Origin: Alphaproteobacteria bacterium
GTDB lineage: Bacteria > Pseudomonadota > Alphaproteobacteria > Paracaedibacterales > VGCI01
Assembly: GCA_016870095.1 (NCBI GenBank)
Contig: VGCI01000009.1
Location: 5,518 to 69,517 of the forward strand
Direction: 5' to 3'
Length of the DNA stretch: 64,000 nucleotides
Made by a program: the position numbers and the translations under genes. Each line of letters starts with the position of its first letter. Within the stretch, counting starts at the first letter, position 1. Shown here piece after piece: positions 60,160-64,000 of this stretch. A model generated the notes under the pieces. The model made no database searches. It worked only from the letters and a program-made list of their open reading frames with translations, and was not told the DNA's origin.

Positions 60160-62832
60160 TTAATCGCTGTTTGATACGAGGCCTTTCAACCGATAAAGCT
60201 CATCAAGCGCTTGACGGGGCGAGAGATCATCGAGTGAAAGTTCTTGCAAAGCCTCTTCCGCACGAGAAGTTTTTGTTGGCAAAACCGGGGGGGAAGAAAC
60301 GTCTAATGGTTGTGTTGCATGAATAGGAACATCTTTGCGCTCACCTTCCAATATTGCCAAGACTTGCTTTGCCCGTTCAACTGCCAGAGCCGGTAAACCG
60401 GCAAGTGCTGCCACATGAATGCCATAGGATTTATCAGCACATCCCGGAATGACTTCATGCAAAAAAATCACATCCCCATTCCATTCCTTAATGCGCATGG
60501 TCGCACACACCATCATGGGTAAACTGCTGGTTAGTTGGGTGAGTTCATGATAATGAGTAGCAAACAAAGCGCGGGATTTATTAACGCGACACAAAGATTC
60601 CACAACTGCCCAGGCAATGGACAAACCATCAAATGTCGCTGTCCCCCGCCCAATTTCGTCTAAAATAACAAAAGATCGAGCAGTGGCTTGATGCAAGATA
60701 GCTGCCGTTTCTACCATTTCAACCATAAAGGTGGACCGCCCCGCTGCCAAATCATCCGCCGCTCCCACACGACTAAAAATACGATCCACAATACCAATGT
60801 GGGCAGTGGTTGCTGGTACATATGACCCCATTTGAGCGAGCAAAATAATCACAGCATTTTGGCGTAAAAAAGTACTTTTCCCCGCCATATTTGGCCCCGT
60901 CATTAGGATTAGTTTCTGTGCATCATCCATCAAACAATCGTTAGCCACAAACGGCGTATTTCCCGCAGATTTGAGGGCTGTTTCTACAACCGGGTGGCGC
61001 CCCCCTTTAATGTCAAACATCATCGTGTCATCTACGATGGGACGCACATAATTCTCTTCAACCGCAAGCTGAGCGAGAGAGGCGGCAACATCCAGGCTTG
61101 CTAACGCTCGACAGGTTTGTAAAATTTCGGGAGCCCGTCCTTGAACTTCCGCGACTAAATCAGCAAAAAGTTGCAGTTCTAACGTCAAAGCGTGATGGGC
61201 TGCTGATTCAATTTCGCGTTCTAATTCAGACAAGGCGAGGGTCGTATACCGAATGGAAGACCCAAGTGTTTGGCGGTGGATAAACTCCTCACTCATTTTT
61301 TGAGCGTGGGAAGGGCCTATATCTACATGATAACCAATGACATTATTGTGACGAATTTTTAAAGTGTTAACGCCCGTTTTGGTAATATATTCCGCTTGCA
61401 ATTTTTGGGTCAGACTAAAACTGTTATCTCGCAAAACGCGATAATGATCTAGCTCTTCATGATAGCCGGTAGCCATAAATCCCCCCTCACGTGCGTAAGG
61501 AGGCAAACTATCAGCAAGGGCACGATTTAACCGATCCCAAACAAGAGTATGCCCCCCTAACCGTGCATTTTCTCGGGAGATAGGTTCTGGCATATTTTGT
61601 GCGCCTAAAAGATTTTGAATCGTTTCTGCTTGTCTTAACCCATCCCGAAGGGCAGCTAAATCTCGGGGACTTCCTCTCCCCAAGTTAATACGCGATAAGG
61701 CGCGTTCCATATCAGGGCATGACTTTAAAGCTTCGCGCACTTGACCCCTTGTCTGAGAAGCTTCAACAAAAAATGTCACCATATCCAAACGCTGAAGCAG
61801 GGGTGCTACCTGAGTTAGAGGCGCATTCAATCGCAAACTTAATAAACGACTGCCAGCCGCTGTTAGGGTTCTATCTATGGTACTTAAAAGCGTTCCCTGA
61901 CGTTGCCCATTTAAGGTAATTTCTAATTCCAAGCTGCGCCGGGTGGCAGGATCAATCATCAGAATACCTTGAGATGAAATTTTTCGAGGACGCTCAATCA
62001 TTGTCAAAGCTGACTTTTGAGTAATGTAAATATAATCGATCAAAGCACCTGCGGCGCGAATTTCACTGGCTGTAAATTTTCCAAATGCATCTAAAGTTTG
62101 TACGTGATAAACCTCTTCTAAACGTCGTCGGCTATTGTCTTCATCAAATCGAGCTTGAGGTAGCGGACTTAATTTTTTCTTCCACCCCCCAAACGTTTCA
62201 TAAAGTGCTGGCTCTTCTAACAGACGATCCGGTAACACAATTTCTGCGGGATTTAAACGCGCCAAAAGGGAAGCGAGTCCCTCGATTGTTGTTTCCTCAA
62301 TTAAAAAAACACCTGTAGAAAGATCAATAGCGCCCACCCCGATTGCTTTTTGGGTCACCGGAGACAGGGCGACTAAAAAATTATTTTGTCGAGCATCCAA
62401 AAGCCCTTCTTCGGTTAAGGTTCCCGCCGTGACAACACGCACCACGTCTCGACGCAACGGGCCTTTAGCTCCTCGCTTTTTGGCGGCTGCTGGGTCTTCC
62501 ATTTGTTCACAAACCGCAACCTTAAATCCTTTTTGAATAAGCTTTGCCAAATAAATTTCATAGGTATGGGCTGGTACACCACACATGGGAATTTCTTCCC
62601 CTTCTTGTTTGCCGCGTTTGGTAAGAGCGATATCAAGAGCCTTAGCGGCGACTATAGCATCCTCAAAAAACAATTCATAAAAGTCGCCCATTCGAAAGAA
62701 CAGCAAACAGGTGTGGTATTGTTGCTTCATCTCCCAATATTGTGCCATCACAGGAGACATACCCAAAGGAGGCTTCCCCGTTTCAATAACGTCCGGTTCA
62801 CCAAAATTGAGGAGCGATTGGGTATTTGTCAT
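60160..62832 (-). CDS. mutS: DNA mismatch repair protein MutS
   Basis: FFRMGDFYELF, IPMCGVP, TGPNMAGKST, STFMVEM, DEIGRGT, FATHYHEL, SYGIHVA.LAG. Confidence 0.98.
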   Translation of the reverse strand: MTNTQSLLNFGEPDVIETGKPPLGMSPVMAQYWEMKQQYHTCLLFFRMGDFYELFFEDAIVAAKALDIALTKRGKQEGEEIPMCGVPAHTYEIYLAKLIQKGFKVAVCEQMEDPAAAKKRGAKGPLRRDVVRVVTAGTLTEEGLLDARQNNFLVALSPVTQKAIGVGAIDLSTGVFLIEETTIEGLASLLARLNPAEIVLPDRLLEEPALYETFGGWKKKLSPLPQARFDEDNSRRRLEEVYHVQTLDAFGKFTASEIRAAGALIDYIYITQKSALTMIERPRKISSQGILMIDPATRRSLELEITLNGQRQGTLLSTIDRTLTAAGSRLLSLRLNAPLTQVAPLLQRLDMVTFFVEASQTRGQVREALKSCPDMERALSRINLGRGSPRDLAALRDGLRQAETIQNLLGAQNMPEPISRENARLGGHTLVWDRLNRALADSLPPYAREGGFMATGYHEELDHYRVLRDNSFSLTQKLQAEYITKTGVNTLKIRHNNVIGYHVDIGPSHAQKMSEEFIHRQTLGSSIRYTTLALSELEREIESAAHHALTLELQLFADLVAEVQGRAPEILQTCRALASLDVAASLAQLAVEENYVRPIVDDTMMFDIKGGRHPVVETALKSAGNTPFVANDCLMDDAQKLILMTGPNMAGKSTFLRQNAVIILLAQMGSYVPATTAHIGIVDRIFSRVGAADDLAAGRSTFMVEMVETAAILHQATARSFVILDEIGRGTATFDGLSIAWAVVESLCRVNKSRALFATHYHELTQLTSSLPMMVCATMRIKEWNGDVIFLHEVIPGCADKSYGIHVAALAGLPALAVERAKQVLAILEGERKDVPIHATQPLDVSSPPVLPTKTSRAEEALQELSLDDLSPRQALDELYRLKGLVSNSD

Positions 62833-63029
62833 CGTGAATTGGTCATTCTATTGATTAGACTTGTTCGATTCCCATCTTTAAACCAAAAGCAGGGGAAAGG
62901 GCAAGCCTTCTCCCTGCCCCTTTACATCATCTTTTTTAGCATATCGTCCCGGGCTTTTTAAAGCATTGAGTATACAGCTTATTTCAGATCATGATATCGG
63001 GCTTTCATCGTCTAGAAGAGGACTTTTAC

Positions 63030-64000
63030 ATGCATGCGAATCCCCTATGCCAAAAAATAAACGAATACCTTGCCAAGAATAGCCAGCGATATACTTGGAT
63101 TAAAAATGCACGCCCCAGTCAACTTCCTCCTTGCGGAGATTGGCGAACCTGGATGATTCTTGCCGGACGTGGTTTTGGCAAAACCCGCACGGGAGCAGAA
63201 ACCACACGGAATTGGGCCTGTTCGGGACGCTATCGACGCTTAGCTCTCATTAGTCAATCTATTCGCGAGGCCCGTGCTGTCATGGTCGAAGGAGTAAGCG
63301 GACTGTTAGAAATACATCCCCCTTTCGAGCGCCCTCATTTTAAAAAAACACTTCATCAACTGGTTTGGCCTAATGGGACAGTGGCTACGCTTTACGGAGC
63401 GGATCATTTTGATCATTTTCGAGGGCCTCAATTCGACGCCATCTGGATTGATGAATTGGCCAAATTTCGTTACCCTGAAGAAACATGGAATCAATTGATG
63501 TTAGCTTTGCGCCTGGGAAATGACCCGCGCTGTATTGTGACCACCACTCCCCGACCCATTCCCTTAATTGAAAAACTTCAGTTACGTAAAGATGTTGTCG
63601 TGACAAAAGGAACAACATTTGAAAATCACAATAACCTGGCGCCGGCATATTTGGATCAAATTGTGAAGCAATTTGAAGGCACACGCCTTGGAGCTCAAGA
63701 ACTCTATGCGGAAGTGTTAACAGAACACCAAGGGGCATTGTGGAGACGAGATTTGATTCGCTACCAAGAGCCACTTTATGATGCAATCGGTACACCGAAA
63801 TTGATTCGTATCGTGATCGCCATTGATCCGGCCACCACCCATCATGAAGAGAGCGATGAAACAGGTATCGTTATTGCGGGTCTTGCGGAAAATAAGTGTG
63901 CTTATATCCTTGACGATTTAAGTGGTCGACTCAGCCCCGGAGATTGGGGACAACGCGTGGTTGAATCTTACTGGCGGTTAAATGCAGATCGCGTCGTTGC
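63030..64000 (+). CDS. Large terminase subunit, RcGTA-like (3'-truncated; absent from the ORF track because there is no stop in the window)
   Basis: Manual translation from ATG 63030 (AAGAGG RBS): ARPSQLPP.GDWRTW.ILAGRGFGKTRTGAE (Walker A), WPNG, RGPQFDAIWIDELAK (Walker B), LRLG.DPR..VTTTPRP, GTRLG.QEL, IVIAIDP, DETGIV (nuclease domain); open to the window end. Confidence 0.92.
   Translation, partial: MHANPLCQKINEYLAKNSQRYTWIKNARPSQLPPCGDWRTWMILAGRGFGKTRTGAETTRNWACSGRYRRLALISQSIREARAVMVEGVSGLLEIHPPFERPHFKKTLHQLVWPNGTVATLYGADHFDHFRGPQFDAIWIDELAKFRYPEETWNQLMLALRLGNDPRCIVTTTPRPIPLIEKLQLRKDVVVTKGTTFENHNNLAPAYLDQIVKQFEGTRLGAQELYAEVLTEHQGALWRRDLIRYQEPLYDAIGTPKLIRIVIAIDPATTHHEESDETGIVIAGLAENKCAYILDDLSGRLSPGDWGQRVVESYWRLNADRVV

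Noticed and set aside
62503-62961. 152-aa plus-strand ORF
   Set aside because: Mostly antisense to mutS; no RBS or recognisable motif.
63306-63795. Two minus-strand ORFs (62 and 136 aa)
   Set aside because: Antisense to the intact terminase frame.

Overview
AT-rich alphaproteobacterial chromosome segment. The gene set and signal-peptide-bearing orphan genes suggest a Holosporales-like endosymbiont of protists; this is inference, not a database match. The core backbone is aas, gyrA-ssb, tRNA-Val, cspA, dedA-rpiB-ubiA, cobalamin riboswitch-btuB-tonB, msbA, dapE, tRNA-Leu-tig-clpP-clpX-lon, galU-ugd-pgm, tolQRAB-pal, miaA, sua5-uvrA, yccA, ruvAB and mutS. Accessory content: (1) a giant (>2450 aa, 5'-truncated) modular RTX-like surface protein whose GGxGx repeats lack the Ca-binding Asp; (2) a 1.6-kb LysR islet bounded by an exact 73-bp duplication of an ABC binding-protein gene end; (3) three tandem aromatic-amino-acid-type substrate-binding proteins preceded by an unannotated 18-codon Tyr/Trp/His-rich leader ORF and hairpin (candidate multi-amino-acid attenuator); (4) two paralogous secreted-protein genes, each broken by a single lesion; (5) an orphan T6SS spike module, made of VgrG with 4x48-bp C-terminal repeats plus a DUF4280 PAAR-like tip split by a ~195-aa insertion with five MORN-like repeats; (6) a GcrA-like HTH protein, a possible ADP-ribosyltransferase-fold secreted protein, and the start of an RcGTA-like large terminase at the right edge. 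No CRISPR array, rRNA or intact transposase/integrase was seen.
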